Shown here: in pieces, positions 55,662 through 64,000 of the stretch | How the letters are laid out: each line of letters opens with the position of its first letter | Position numbering within the stretch: the first letter of the stretch is position 1 | From: Vicinamibacterales bacterium | Lineage (GTDB): Bacteria; Acidobacteriota; Vicinamibacteria; Vicinamibacterales; SCN-69-37 | DNA: 64,000 nucleotides | Direction: 5' to 3' | Assembly (NCBI GenBank): GCA_035279905.1 | Contig: DATEGZ010000257.1 | Span: forward strand, 30,086-94,085 | Notes under the pieces: model-generated | What the model was told of the DNA's origin: nothing | What the model saw: only the letters and a program-made list of their open reading frames with translations | Database searches by the model: none | Made by a program: the position numbers and the translations under genes

Positions 55662-57029
55662 TCAGATGGCTCCGTTGGCCAGCATCGCGTCGGCCACCTT
55701 CGCGAAACCGGCGCGATTGGCGCCGTCCACGTAGTTGACCCGGCCGTCCGGGCGCCGGCCGTACTCGACACAGCGCTCGTGGATGCGCTTCATGATCTCG
55801 CCAAGGCGGTGATCGACTTCCTCGCGGCTCCAGACCAGGCGCTGCGCGTTCTGGCTGATCTCGAGGCCCGACACCGAGACGCCGCCGGCGTTGGCGGCCT
55901 TGCCCGGCCCGAACGCCACGCCGCCGTCGATGAGAATGTGCGTCGCTTCGAGCGACGTCGGCATGTTCGCGCCCTCGCCCACGACCTTGCAGCCGTTCTT
56001 GACGAGCATCTCCGCGTCGCTCTTGTCGATCTCGTTCTCGTGCGCGCTCGGGAACGCCGCCTGACACGGCACCGCCCACGGCCGCTTGCCCGGGTGGAAC
56101 TCGCACTTGAAGTGATCCGCGTACTCCTTGATGCGGCCGCGCCGGATCTCCTTCAGCTCCTTCACCCACGCGAGCTTGCCCTCGTCGATCCCCGCCGGGT
56201 CGTGAATGAACCCGTCGGAATCGGAGAGCGTCACCACTTTCCCGCCGAGCTGCGTCGCCTTCTCGACCGTGTAGGTCGCGACGTTGCCGGATCCGGAAAC
56301 GACGCAGGTCTTGCCGCGCAAGCCGTCGCCGACGTGACGGAGCATGTTCTCGACGAAGTACACGCACCCGTACCCCGTCGCCTCCGGCCGGATGAGGCTG
56401 CCGCCGTAGGCGAGGCCCTTACCCGTCAGCACGCTGTTGAAGCGGCCGGTGATCCGGCGGTACTGCCCGAACAGATAACCGATCTCGCGCCCGCCCACGC
56501 CGATGTCGCCCGCGGGCACGTCGACGTCGTCGCCGATGTAGCGATAGAGCTCGGTCATGAACGCCTGACAGAAGCGCTCGACCTCCGCGTCGGACTTGCC
56601 TTTCGGATCGAAATTCGATCCGCCCTTCGCGCCGCCCATCGGCAGGCCCGTCAGGCTGTTCTTGAGGATTTGTTCGAAGCCGAGAAACTTGAGGACCGAC
56701 AGATTGACCGTCGGATGAAATCGCAGCCCGCCTTTATAGGGACCGATCGCGTTGCTGAACTGCACGCGATAGCCGCGGTTGATCTGGACGTCGCCCGTGT
56801 CGTCGAGCCACGTCACGCGGAAGATGATGATCCGGTCGGGCTCGGTGAGCCGATCGAGGATGCGGGCCTTCTGATACTCGGGACGTTCGAGCACGAACGG
56901 CATCAGGGATTCGGCGACTTCCCGTACGGCCTGATGGAATTCCGGCTGGTCCGGACTGCGCCTGGTGAGCTGCGCCATGAAGTCGTTGACGGCCTTGGTG
57001 GCCTCGCTCGCACGGTCCAGTTTGCCCAT
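55662..57029 (-). CDS. gdhA: NADP-specific glutamate dehydrogenase
   Basis: 455 aa. Contains GPYKGGLRFHP, GGAKGGS and the Rossmann motif GSGNVA. Confidence 0.93.
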   Translation of the reverse strand: MGKLDRASEATKAVNDFMAQLTRRSPDQPEFHQAVREVAESLMPFVLERPEYQKARILDRLTEPDRIIIFRVTWLDDTGDVQINRGYRVQFSNAIGPYKGGLRFHPTVNLSVLKFLGFEQILKNSLTGLPMGGAKGGSNFDPKGKSDAEVERFCQAFMTELYRYIGDDVDVPAGDIGVGGREIGYLFGQYRRITGRFNSVLTGKGLAYGGSLIRPEATGYGCVYFVENMLRHVGDGLRGKTCVVSGSGNVATYTVEKATQLGGKVVTLSDSDGFIHDPAGIDEGKLAWVKELKEIRRGRIKEYADHFKCEFHPGKRPWAVPCQAAFPSAHENEIDKSDAEMLVKNGCKVVGEGANMPTSLEATHILIDGGVAFGPGKAANAGGVSVSGLEISQNAQRLVWSREEVDHRLGEIMKRIHERCVEYGRRPDGRVNYVDGANRAGFAKVADAMLANGAI

Positions 57030-57106
57030 CTAGGGAGTCTCCTCGGCGGCCAATCCTAGTGCCGTTCCTCTGTTCCACCAAGGGAAATCCCGCGTACCTT
57101 GTCTGG

Positions 57107-57112
57107 TATAGT
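57107..57112 (+). promoter_or_regulatory. candidate extended -10 (TGgTATAGT)
   Basis: TATAGT is preceded by TGg and lies 8 nt upstream of GTG 57121. Confidence 0.4.
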
Positions 57113-57120
57113 TCGAGCCC

Positions 57121-58248
57121 GTGAGAGCCGACGACATCACGCGGGCCGTACTCGCGCGGGACGACGTCGCACGGTACCTGCGTGGCGTGCAGGGGGTGCC
57201 GGCCGGCGAGGCGCGTCAGCGCATCGAAGAGTACCTGGTCGAGCTCCGGACCACGCAGCGGTACCGCTTCTACCGCGCGCTGCAGCATCCGCTGTACCCG
57301 ATCCTGCGAAAAGTACGCCGAGTGGCCGAGGGCATCGAGCACGCGGCCGATGCGACGCGGCGCGGCCGCGTCGTCTACGTGTCGAATCACAAGAGTCATC
57401 TCGATTACCTCGTCGAGCCGCTCGTGCTCGACGATCACGGTGTGCGGCCGCCGTTGATGGCCGCGGGCATCAACCTGTTCGGCGGCGCGCTCGGCCTGCT
57501 CCATCGCCATGTCACGGGCGCGATTCCGATCCGGCGCAACAGCAAGGACCCCGTGTACCTCGTCACGCTCCGCGCGTACGTCGCGGAGATCCTGAAGGTT
57601 CACGATCTGCTGTACTACGCCGAAGGCGGGCGCAGCTACAGCGGCGAGTTGAAGTCGCCGAAGACCGGCCTGCTCCAAGCCGCGCTGCTGGCGGATCGAC
57701 ACGAGATCTCCGTCGTGCCGATGGCGGTGGCGTACGATCTCGTGCTCGAGGATCGGATCATCTCGCGCGCGGCGACGCGCAAGCGCACGCGGCCGTTCGG
57801 CCAGGAAGTCGCCGAGATGGTCCGGCACGCCGTCGGATATCAGTCGCGCGCGTTCGTGACGTTCGGCAAACCGATCGCGCTCGGCGACTACGATCCGGAA
57901 GCCCGCAGAGATCTCGTCGCGCTGGCCCATCGCATTCAGGACGACATCGGGCGGCTCTACAAAGTGCTGCCGACGGCGCTCGTCGCCGCGGCCATGCGGC
58001 CGCAGATGACCCGAGCCGGCCTCACCTCCCGGATCGACGAGCTCCTCGTCTCGTTCCGCGCGGAGGGCGCCAACCTCGCCGTGCAGACGCCACAGCAGGC
58101 GGTCGACGAAGGCGTCGAGCAGCTCACCGAGCGCGGCGTGCTCGTGCAGGACCGACAGCGGTTGCGAATCCGCGATCGATTTGCCCTCCGCTACTACGCG
58201 CGCACGATCGAACACCTCGTGACGCGACGCCGCGGAACCACGCACTGA
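57121..58248 (+). CDS. glycerolipid acyltransferase (PlsB/PlsC-type HX4D family)
   Basis: NHKSHLD catalytic motif, then YAEGGRSYSG. Confidence 0.7.
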   Translation: MRADDITRAVLARDDVARYLRGVQGVPAGEARQRIEEYLVELRTTQRYRFYRALQHPLYPILRKVRRVAEGIEHAADATRRGRVVYVSNHKSHLDYLVEPLVLDDHGVRPPLMAAGINLFGGALGLLHRHVTGAIPIRRNSKDPVYLVTLRAYVAEILKVHDLLYYAEGGRSYSGELKSPKTGLLQAALLADRHEISVVPMAVAYDLVLEDRIISRAATRKRTRPFGQEVAEMVRHAVGYQSRAFVTFGKPIALGDYDPEARRDLVALAHRIQDDIGRLYKVLPTALVAAAMRPQMTRAGLTSRIDELLVSFRAEGANLAVQTPQQAVDEGVEQLTERGVLVQDRQRLRIRDRFALRYYARTIEHLVTRRRGTTH

Positions 58249-59183
58249 TGTTGGACGCGCTGCCCAAAGCGTTCTTCTCCATCCTGGCGGGCAGCCACAC
58301 CCTCAAGAACGCAGCCTCACGCTACGGCATGCGCCGGCCGGACAGCTTCGCGCGCCGGTTCGTGGCCGGCGAGCACGTCGGCGACGCGATCGCCGCCGCC
58401 CAGGTGCTCGAGCAGAACGGCCTCGCGGTGACGCTCGACCTGCTTGGCGAAAGCGTCAGCTCGACCGAAGCCGCCGGTGAAGCGACACGGGCGTATCTCT
58501 CGACGATCCAGGACATCGAACGCGGCGGAATCAGCCGCAATATCTCGCTCAAGCTCACGCAGCTGGGCCTGGGCGTCGATCGGGCCACCTCGGTCGACAA
58601 CCTCCGGCGCGTGCTCGACGTGGCCGGCAAGCACGGGTTCTTCGTGCGGATCGACATGGAGAACTCGCCGTACACCGCGCAGACGCTCGAGACGTTCGAG
58701 ACGACGTGGGGGATCGGGTATCGCAACGTCGGCGTGGTGCTCCAGTCGTATCTCCGTCGGTCGATGAGCGACGCCAGGCGGATGATCGCGCTCGGCGTGC
58801 CGGTCCGGCTGGTGAAGGGCGCGTATCGCGAGCCGCGCAGCGTGGCGTTTCAGCGAAAAACCGAGGTCGACGCGTCGTATGTCGCGCTGATGGAAGTGCT
58901 GATGCGCGAGGGCAAGTCGCCCGCGATTGCCACGCACGACCCGCACATGATCGACGCGACGCGCCAGTTCGCGACCGCGCACGGCATCGGCAAGGAGCAC
59001 TTCGAGTTCCAGATGCTGTACGGCATCCGCCGCGACCTGCAGGCGCAGCTCGCCAACCAGGGCTATCGCGTGCGCATCTACGTTCCGTTCGGCCGCGAAT
59101 GGTTCCCGTATTTCATGCGCCGGCTCGGCGAGCGGCCCGCGAACGCGAGCTTCGTGCTGAAGAGCTTGATGCGGGAGAGGTGA
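58248..59183 (+). CDS. proline dehydrogenase (monofunctional)
   Basis: ATG 58248 overlaps the upstream stop (TGATG). Contains SLKLTQLGL, RIDMENS, VRLVKGAY and FEFQMLYGIR. Confidence 0.85.
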   Translation: MLDALPKAFFSILAGSHTLKNAASRYGMRRPDSFARRFVAGEHVGDAIAAAQVLEQNGLAVTLDLLGESVSSTEAAGEATRAYLSTIQDIERGGISRNISLKLTQLGLGVDRATSVDNLRRVLDVAGKHGFFVRIDMENSPYTAQTLETFETTWGIGYRNVGVVLQSYLRRSMSDARRMIALGVPVRLVKGAYREPRSVAFQRKTEVDASYVALMEVLMREGKSPAIATHDPHMIDATRQFATAHGIGKEHFEFQMLYGIRRDLQAQLANQGYRVRIYVPFGREWFPYFMRRLGERPANASFVLKSLMRER

Positions 59184-59184
59184 A

Positions 59185-59253
59185 ATGACGCCGGGAGTAG
59201 TTTTTACAATTCGTGTGTCGCACGCGAATTGTAAAAACTACTCCCGGCGTCAT
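59185..59253. repeat. palindromic element, copy 2; fills the gap between convergent stop codons
   Basis: Arms 59185-59211 and 59227-59253 are identical to copy 1. The 15-nt centre CGTGTGTCGCACGCG is itself self-complementary. Pairing extends (GAA/TTC) into both flanking stop codons. Confidence 0.9.
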
Positions 59254-59254
59254 T

Positions 59255-60382
59255 TCATTTCACCCACGCCCGCGCCACATCCACCAGAATGTCGCGACAG
59301 GCGTAGACGTCGTCGACGGTCACGTACTCCTCGGTGCTGTGCAGCCCGGCGCCGCCGGGGCCGAGCAGGACTGACGGCGTCCCGGCCGCCGACAGAATCG
59401 CGGCGTCCGTCCAGAACGACATGCCCATGGGCGTCGCCGAGCGTCCCGCCCGCGCGAGCGCCCCGCCCACCGTGCTCGTCAACGGGTGATCCGCGCCGAC
59501 CAGGTGCGCGGGGCGATACGTGACGAGCCGCGCCTCAGCCCGGAACTCGGGATCGTCGCGCTTGAGCCGCTCGAGGATGGTGTGGACCTCGTGGAGCACG
59601 CTCTGGCCGTCCTCGCTCGCCACCGTGCGGCGCTCCATTTCGAGCGTGCACCGGTCCGGGTAGCTGCTGAGCTCGCGGCCGCCGCTGATGAGCGACGCGT
59701 GCAGCGATCCGGTCCCTTGAAACGCGACCGGCGACTGCGCGCGCAGCTCCCGGTCGCGCCCTTCGAGCGCTGTCAACACGCGTCCCATCCGCGCGATCGC
59801 GTCACGCCCGTCCTCGGGCCGGCTGCCGTGCGCCGCCTTGCCATGCGTCACGATCTGGAGCCACGCGAAGCCCTTGTGGCCGATGGCGAGGCCGAGATCC
59901 GTGGGCTCGGTCACGATCGCGGCGTCCGCGTGCCAGTCCTTGACCAGCGCTTCCGCGCCTAAACTCTCGTACTCTTCGTCGACGACCGCCGCGATGATCA
60001 GACGCCCGCGGGTCCACTCCCTGGCGAGCACGCCCGCGGCCGCGATCATCGCCGCGACGCCGCCTTTCATGTCCTGCGATCCGCGCGCGTAGAGCCGGCC
60101 GTTGCTGACGCGCGGGACGAACGGATCGGTCATGCCCTCGACGCCCACGGTGTCGAGGTGGCCGCAGAACATCAGCGACGGTCCGGGCGCTCGCCCCTCC
60201 AGCACGCCGATCACATTGGGCCGGCCCGGCGCGGCTTCCTGGAGCACGACGTCGAGTCCCGCGCCCGCCATGGCCGCCCGCGCGACCTCAGCCGCCTCGG
60301 CTTCGCCGGGCGCGCCCGGCACGAGCGACGGGTTGACGGAATTCGCGGCCACGAGGTCGCGAAGCAGCGGTAGCGGGTCCAT
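59255..60382 (-). CDS. M20-family metallopeptidase (ArgE/DapE-like deacylase)
   Basis: 375 aa. Contains GHLDTV, RGSQDMKGG, VVDEEYES and the dimerisation-domain layout. Confidence 0.8.
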   Translation of the reverse strand: MDPLPLLRDLVAANSVNPSLVPGAPGEAEAAEVARAAMAGAGLDVVLQEAAPGRPNVIGVLEGRAPGPSLMFCGHLDTVGVEGMTDPFVPRVSNGRLYARGSQDMKGGVAAMIAAAGVLAREWTRGRLIIAAVVDEEYESLGAEALVKDWHADAAIVTEPTDLGLAIGHKGFAWLQIVTHGKAAHGSRPEDGRDAIARMGRVLTALEGRDRELRAQSPVAFQGTGSLHASLISGGRELSSYPDRCTLEMERRTVASEDGQSVLHEVHTILERLKRDDPEFRAEARLVTYRPAHLVGADHPLTSTVGGALARAGRSATPMGMSFWTDAAILSAAGTPSVLLGPGGAGLHSTEEYVTVDDVYACRDILVDVARAWVK

Positions 60383-60413
60383 GAACGGCGTCTCAGATTA
60401 CCATTCGGATCAC

Positions 60414-61241
60414 ATGCCTCGTCTTTCGGGCCGCGTCGTCGCCATCACTGGAGCCTCCGCCGGCATCGGGCGCGCAACGGCCGAGCACTGCGCGGCCGAA
60501 GGCGCCGCCGTGGTGCTCTCGGCGCGGCGGGCCGATCGACTCGACGAGATCGTGCGCGGCATCACGTCGCGTGGCGGGCGCGCGCTGGCGGTGCCGGGCG
60601 ACGTCACGAGTGAAGGAGACATGGACGCGCTCGTCGCGCGCGCCGTCGAGGCGTTCGGATCGCTCGACGTGATGGTCTGCAACGCGGGCATCGGCTATCA
60701 CGGCCCGCTCGACGAGACGCCGCCCGCGGCGATGCGGCGGATCGTGGACGTCAACCTGATGGGCACGCTCTACGCGGCCGCGTCGGCGATGCGCGTGTTC
60801 CGGCGGCAGGGCCGCGGGCACATCATCGCCGTGTCGTCGATCGTCGGCCGGCGCGGAGTCGGCGGCTCCGGGATCTACGCCGCGACTAAAGCCGCGCAGC
60901 TCGCGTTCGTCGAATCGCTCCGCGCCGAGTTCGTCGGCACGCCTTTTCGCGCGTCCGTCGTCTTCCCCGTCGTCACGGTCACGGAATTTCACGAGACGAT
61001 CGCGCGCGATTTCGGCTACGCCGTCAGCGGCACCGGGCCCAGACAGACGGCGGCGCAGGTCGCCGACAAGATCGTCGACTGCATCGTCTCGCCGCGCGCC
61101 GAGGTGTATCCGCTGCGCAAGGCGTGGTGGCTCGCCGTGCTGAGCGTGATTGCGCCGGCGCAGGCCGACAAAGTCGTGCAGAAGTTCGCGCGCCGCCGGA
61201 AGCCGGTGGCCGCCGCTCCCGATGCTCATCGGCCTTCCTGA
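60414..61241 (+). CDS. SDR-family oxidoreductase
   Basis: ATG 60414. Contains ITGASAGIGRA (TGxxxGxG), NAG and YAATKAA (YxxxK). Confidence 0.85.
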   Translation: MPRLSGRVVAITGASAGIGRATAEHCAAEGAAVVLSARRADRLDEIVRGITSRGGRALAVPGDVTSEGDMDALVARAVEAFGSLDVMVCNAGIGYHGPLDETPPAAMRRIVDVNLMGTLYAAASAMRVFRRQGRGHIIAVSSIVGRRGVGGSGIYAATKAAQLAFVESLRAEFVGTPFRASVVFPVVTVTEFHETIARDFGYAVSGTGPRQTAAQVADKIVDCIVSPRAEVYPLRKAWWLAVLSVIAPAQADKVVQKFARRRKPVAAAPDAHRPS

Positions 61242-62610
61242 TCTCGCGCGGGCGATTGCCGCGGCCGTCCGCGACGAGGGCGGGCGCGCGCTCGTCGTCG
61301 GCGGCTGGGTGCGCGACGCGCTCCTCGACCGAGCGTCCAAGGACGTGGACCTCGAAGTGTTTGGCGTGCCGGCGGATCGACTGCTGCCGCTCGTCAGCGG
61401 ATTCGGGCGCGTCGACACGGTCGGCGAAAGCTTCACGGTCTACAAGGTCGGCGGAATCGACGTCTCGCTTCCGCGCCGCGAATCGAAGACCGGCCGCGGG
61501 CACACGGGGTTCACCGTGCACGGCGATCCGGCGCTCTCGATCGACGAGGCCGCGCGCCGGCGCGACTTCACCGTCAACGCGATCTCGCTCGATCCGCTGA
61601 CCGGCGAGATCCTCGATCCATTCAACGGACGCGCTGACCTCGCGGCCGGACGTTTGCGCGTCGTCGACCCGAAGACGTTCGGCGACGACAGCTTGCGAGT
61701 GCTGCGCGCGCTCCAGTTTGCGGCGCGATTCGAGCTCGAGCTCACCGAGGAATCACGCGCACTATGCCGCACGATTCCGCTCGACGATCTGCCATCCGAG
61801 CGAGTGTGGGGCGAGATGGAAAAGCTCCTGCTCCAGGCCCGGCGCCCGTCGATCGGTTTCGCGCTCGCGCTCGATCTCGGCGTCGTCGATCGCCTGTGGC
61901 CGGAGATGAAAGCGCTCGTCGGCTGCCCGCAGGAGCCGGAGTGGCACCCGGAGGGCGACGTGTGGGTGCACACGCTGATGGTCGTCGACCAGGCGCGCGC
62001 GCGCATCGACGGGCTCGAGCGTGGCCCGGCGGCCGCGATGATGCTGGGCGCCGTCACGCACGATTTCGGCAAGCCGATGACGACCGCGGTGATTGACGGA
62101 CGGATCCGATCGCCCGGCCACGAGGAAGCCGGCGTCGAACCGGCGACGCGGTTCCTCGATCGGCTCAACGTGCACTCGCTGGACGGATACGACGTCCGCC
62201 AGGCCGTGCTCGGCCTTGTTGCGCAGCACCTGAAACCGAGCGCGTTTCAAAAGTCGTCGACGCCCGTGAGCGACGGCGCGTTCCGCCGGCTCGCGCAGAA
62301 GATCGATCTCGAGCTGCTCGCACGGTTCGCGATGGCGGATTGCACCGGCCGCACGGGCACGTTCGATTGCTCAGCGATCGACTGGTTCCTCGAACGCGCG
62401 CGTGCGCTCGGCGTCGAGCACGCTGCGCCGGCGCCGCTCCTGATGGGGCGACATTTGCTCGAGCTCGGCGTCAAGCCAGGCCCGCGCATGGGCGAGCTGC
62501 TCGCCAAGATCTACGACGCGCAGCTCGACGGGACGGTCACGGTGTTGGACGAGGGCATCGCGATGGCCCGTGATCTCCTGGCGGCAAGCCAGACAAAGAG
62601 CCGCGATTGA
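61222..62610 (+). CDS. cca: CCA-adding tRNA nucleotidyltransferase with HD domain
   Basis: ATG 61222. Contains GGWVRDALL...DVDLEV, RDFTVNA and the HD region HTLMVVD...HDFGKP. Confidence 0.8.
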   Translation: MLIGLPDLARAIAAAVRDEGGRALVVGGWVRDALLDRASKDVDLEVFGVPADRLLPLVSGFGRVDTVGESFTVYKVGGIDVSLPRRESKTGRGHTGFTVHGDPALSIDEAARRRDFTVNAISLDPLTGEILDPFNGRADLAAGRLRVVDPKTFGDDSLRVLRALQFAARFELELTEESRALCRTIPLDDLPSERVWGEMEKLLLQARRPSIGFALALDLGVVDRLWPEMKALVGCPQEPEWHPEGDVWVHTLMVVDQARARIDGLERGPAAAMMLGAVTHDFGKPMTTAVIDGRIRSPGHEEAGVEPATRFLDRLNVHSLDGYDVRQAVLGLVAQHLKPSAFQKSSTPVSDGAFRRLAQKIDLELLARFAMADCTGRTGTFDCSAIDWFLERARALGVEHAAPAPLLMGRHLLELGVKPGPRMGELLAKIYDAQLDGTVTVLDEGIAMARDLLAASQTKSRD

Positions 62611-62617
62611 TCGAAAC

Positions 62618-62642
62618 CACGAAGTTCACGAAGGACACGAAG
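62618..62642. repeat. 3 x CACGAAG tandem repeat (9-nt period) in a convergent intergenic gap
   Basis: CACGAAGtt CACGAAGga CACGAAG, between the stop codons at 62608-62610 and 62646-62648. Confidence 0.8.
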
Positions 62643-62645
62643 GAG

Positions 62646-63146
62646 CTATTTCGAACCTTGTTGCTGCGACTGCGCGGTCGCGTCGGAGAATCGATCGAAG
62701 AGTTTCATGCAGACAAAAGAAAACACCACCGTAAACACGGCGGTCTCAACAGCAGCGGCCATCCACGCACCGGCGCTGCGACCGGGCCAATCCATGAGCA
62801 GGATCAAACCGAAATACACCGGCGGCATGAAGATCGTGAGGCGCCGCTTGACGCGGCTCCGCATCTCTTCCGTGGAGTAAGCACGACCGGCGGGACGCTT
62901 GCGGCTCGTGGTTGGTAGTTCACCGCCCCACTTGTCCACTTCAGTGCCGCACGACAAGCAGGTGCCTCCGCCCCAGAGTGCCTGTCGCAGACTCGACGGC
63001 TGGCGGAACTGTGGCAGTGTCGAACCGCAACGCGGACACGAAACGGGAGCCGTGTTGATGCCGAATCCGTTCTTGGCGTACGTGCCGTACGCGACCGCGA
63101 ACATTCCGACAGCGAACAGGCCGGAGAGTAGCGCGAAGGTCGTCAT
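62646..63146 (-). CDS. membrane protein with a zinc-ribbon loop (CPRCG...CLSCG), unknown function
   Basis: 166 aa: TM helix, CxxC-N22-CxxC, then two TM helices. Visibly lower GC than its neighbours. Confidence 0.55.
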   Translation of the reverse strand: MTTFALLSGLFAVGMFAVAYGTYAKNGFGINTAPVSCPRCGSTLPQFRQPSSLRQALWGGGTCLSCGTEVDKWGGELPTTSRKRPAGRAYSTEEMRSRVKRRLTIFMPPVYFGLILLMDWPGRSAGAWMAAAVETAVFTVVFSFVCMKLFDRFSDATAQSQQQGSK

Positions 63147-63162
63147 GGCACGGACGCGACGT

Positions 63163-63218
63163 CAATAGCCCGATGACCCAATAGCCCAATGACCCAATGA
63201 CCTAATGGCCCAATGGTT
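63163..63218. repeat. 7 x CAATRRCC octamer tandem array
   Basis: CAATAGCC CGATGACC CAATAGCC CAATGACC CAATGACC TAATGGCC CAATGGTT. Lies between the cupin stop and the start of the downstream gene. Confidence 0.85.
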
Positions 63219-63682
63219 CACTGCCCGATCTGCGTCGTCCTGACCGGCCCCATCCCGATGATCTGGACGATGCACTCCTCGTCCTTCGCGCCGTCGTAGT
63301 GGTGCGCGCCGGCCGGGTGCTTGACGAAGCTCCCGGTTTTCATCGGCTTGGTCTTGGACGGATCGAATTTGTCGGCCTCAGGACCGAGCGCCACCCACCA
63401 GGTGCCTTTGATCACGGTCACCAGTCGATCCTGATCGTGGAAGTGCGGCTTGCTCATGTTGCCTGGTGAAAACCGGATGCGAATGACGTACAGGCCGGGC
63501 TTGCTCGGATCGCCGACGAGCGCCACCTGGCTCTGCGCGCCAGCCGGGAACGGGACGTCGTCCGGTGCAACCACGGTGAACCCGAGCGCGTCGGGCTTGA
63601 TGGCCTGATCGGCCGCGAGTGGCGCGGTGAGCAGAACGGCGGCGAAAGTTCCGGCGAGGCGGACGGCGGTGGCGCGGGTCAT
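63218..63682 (-). CDS. exported cupin-domain protein
   Basis: Signal peptide MTRATAVRLAGTFAAVLLTAPLAA. Cupin-like PHFHDQDRLVTVIKGTW...HPAGAHHY. Confidence 0.65.
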   Translation of the reverse strand: MTRATAVRLAGTFAAVLLTAPLAADQAIKPDALGFTVVAPDDVPFPAGAQSQVALVGDPSKPGLYVIRIRFSPGNMSKPHFHDQDRLVTVIKGTWWVALGPEADKFDPSKTKPMKTGSFVKHPAGAHHYDGAKDEECIVQIIGMGPVRTTQIGQ

Positions 63683-63783
63683 GTCTTGATCTCCTTGGCG
63701 GGTGCATCATAGCCCACCGCCCCGGTTACGCTCGTGTTGCCGGATCTTTGTAAACTTCGGGCGAATCGGGGAGACTGAAAATC

Positions 63784-64000
63784 ATGACCGTGAAGAAGCC
63801 GTCAGCCTGGCTCGTCAGCCTCGCCGTGGTCGCCATCTGGAGCCTGGCGCACGTCACGAGCGCGATCCAGCCGCGCCGCAACGCGATCATCTTCGTCGCC
63901 GACGCGATGCGCCACGGCTCGGTCAACGCCGAGGACACGCCTGCGCTGTGGAAGGTGCGCACCGAAGGCGTGCACTTCGAGAACAGCCACTCGCTCTTCC
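63784..64000 (+). CDS. alkaline-phosphatase-superfamily (phosphodiesterase/nucleotide pyrophosphatase-like) protein, N-terminal fragment
   Basis: Not in the ORF track because it runs off the window. ATG 63784 is preceded by GGGGAG. Signal peptide MTVKKPSAWLVSLAVVAIWSLAHVTSA, then NAIIFVADAMRHG (metal-binding Asp region). Confidence 0.5.
   Translation, partial: MTVKKPSAWLVSLAVVAIWSLAHVTSAIQPRRNAIIFVADAMRHGSVNAEDTPALWKVRTEGVHFENSHSLF

Noticed and set aside
59185-59523. 112-aa ORF starting at the ATG of the palindromic element (MTPGVVFTIRVSH...).
   Set aside because: It is antisense to the well-supported M20 peptidase and has Arg/Pro-rich composition. The ATG is simply part of the repeat arm.
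62646-63146. Lower-GC zinc-ribbon membrane protein gene flanked by two tandem arrays, considered as a horizontally acquired islet.
   Set aside because: There are no mobility genes, no direct repeats bracketing the segment and no tRNA anchor. The composition shift is modest and was judged by eye only.
1-64000. CRISPR arrays, tRNA/rRNA genes, prophage or transposon genes, toxin-antitoxin or known defence systems.
   Set aside because: No repeat-spacer architecture is present; all tandem arrays have contiguous units of 7-10 nt. I saw no cloverleaf-like or rRNA-like low-GC segments. No integrase, transposase, reverse-transcriptase or nuclease motifs appear in any plausible CDS. This was a by-eye inspection only.

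Overview
High-GC, gene-dense chromosomal window with about 62 CDS. I found no rRNA, tRNA, CRISPR array, transposase or integrase by eye. Two protein families typical of Acidobacteria are present: four VWFA-related TIGR03436-like genes and two ADOP duplicated orphan permeases (TIGR03434-like). This suggests an acidobacterial (possibly Vicinamibacteria-like) origin, though taxonomy is inference only.

Main blocks:
(1) 5862-20868, minus strand: an uninterrupted respiratory/H2 block. It runs Rieske protein, cytochrome b fused to a dihaem cytochrome c, acyl-CoA synthetase, NiCoT nickel transporter, a sigma-54-like promoter, then a Tat-exported membrane-bound [NiFe] hydrogenase (small, large and cytochrome b subunits, maturation protease). 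An embedded lipoprotein cytochrome c and hypABFCDE follow.
(2) 22883-28658, plus strand: a six-gene envelope operon. It contains three full-length GT87/DUF2029 GT-C glycosyltransferase paralogs, a MIDAS-less VWA-like exported protein and two paralogous membrane-anchored proteins of unknown family. A CDP-alcohol phosphatidyltransferase converges on it. This is my best candidate for an undescribed system, possibly building or exporting a PIM-like glycolipid.
(3) An F0-only ATP synthase operon (atpZ-atpI-atpB-atpE-atpF).
(4) Housekeeping genes: typA, nadE, tkt, gdhA, cca, proline dehydrogenase, cobA/hemD fusion, M16/M20 peptidases and a PD40-propeller/gamma-glutamyltransferase fusion.

Non-coding structure is unusually rich. 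Long AT-richer palindromes sit exactly between convergent stop codons (5751-5862, 46158-52, 59185-59253). One palindromic element occurs twice, and in one copy it supplies the start codon of a gene. Several intergenic short-period tandem repeats have periods of 7, 8, 9, 9 and 10 nt. TAnnnT -10-like hexamers lie 6-9 nt upstream of several start codons, suggesting leaderless mRNAs.

Many long ORFs in the six-frame track are Arg/Ala/Gly/Pro-rich off-frame or antisense artefacts of high GC and were rejected. All functional calls come from motif recognition by eye; no searches were run, and start codons are approximate.
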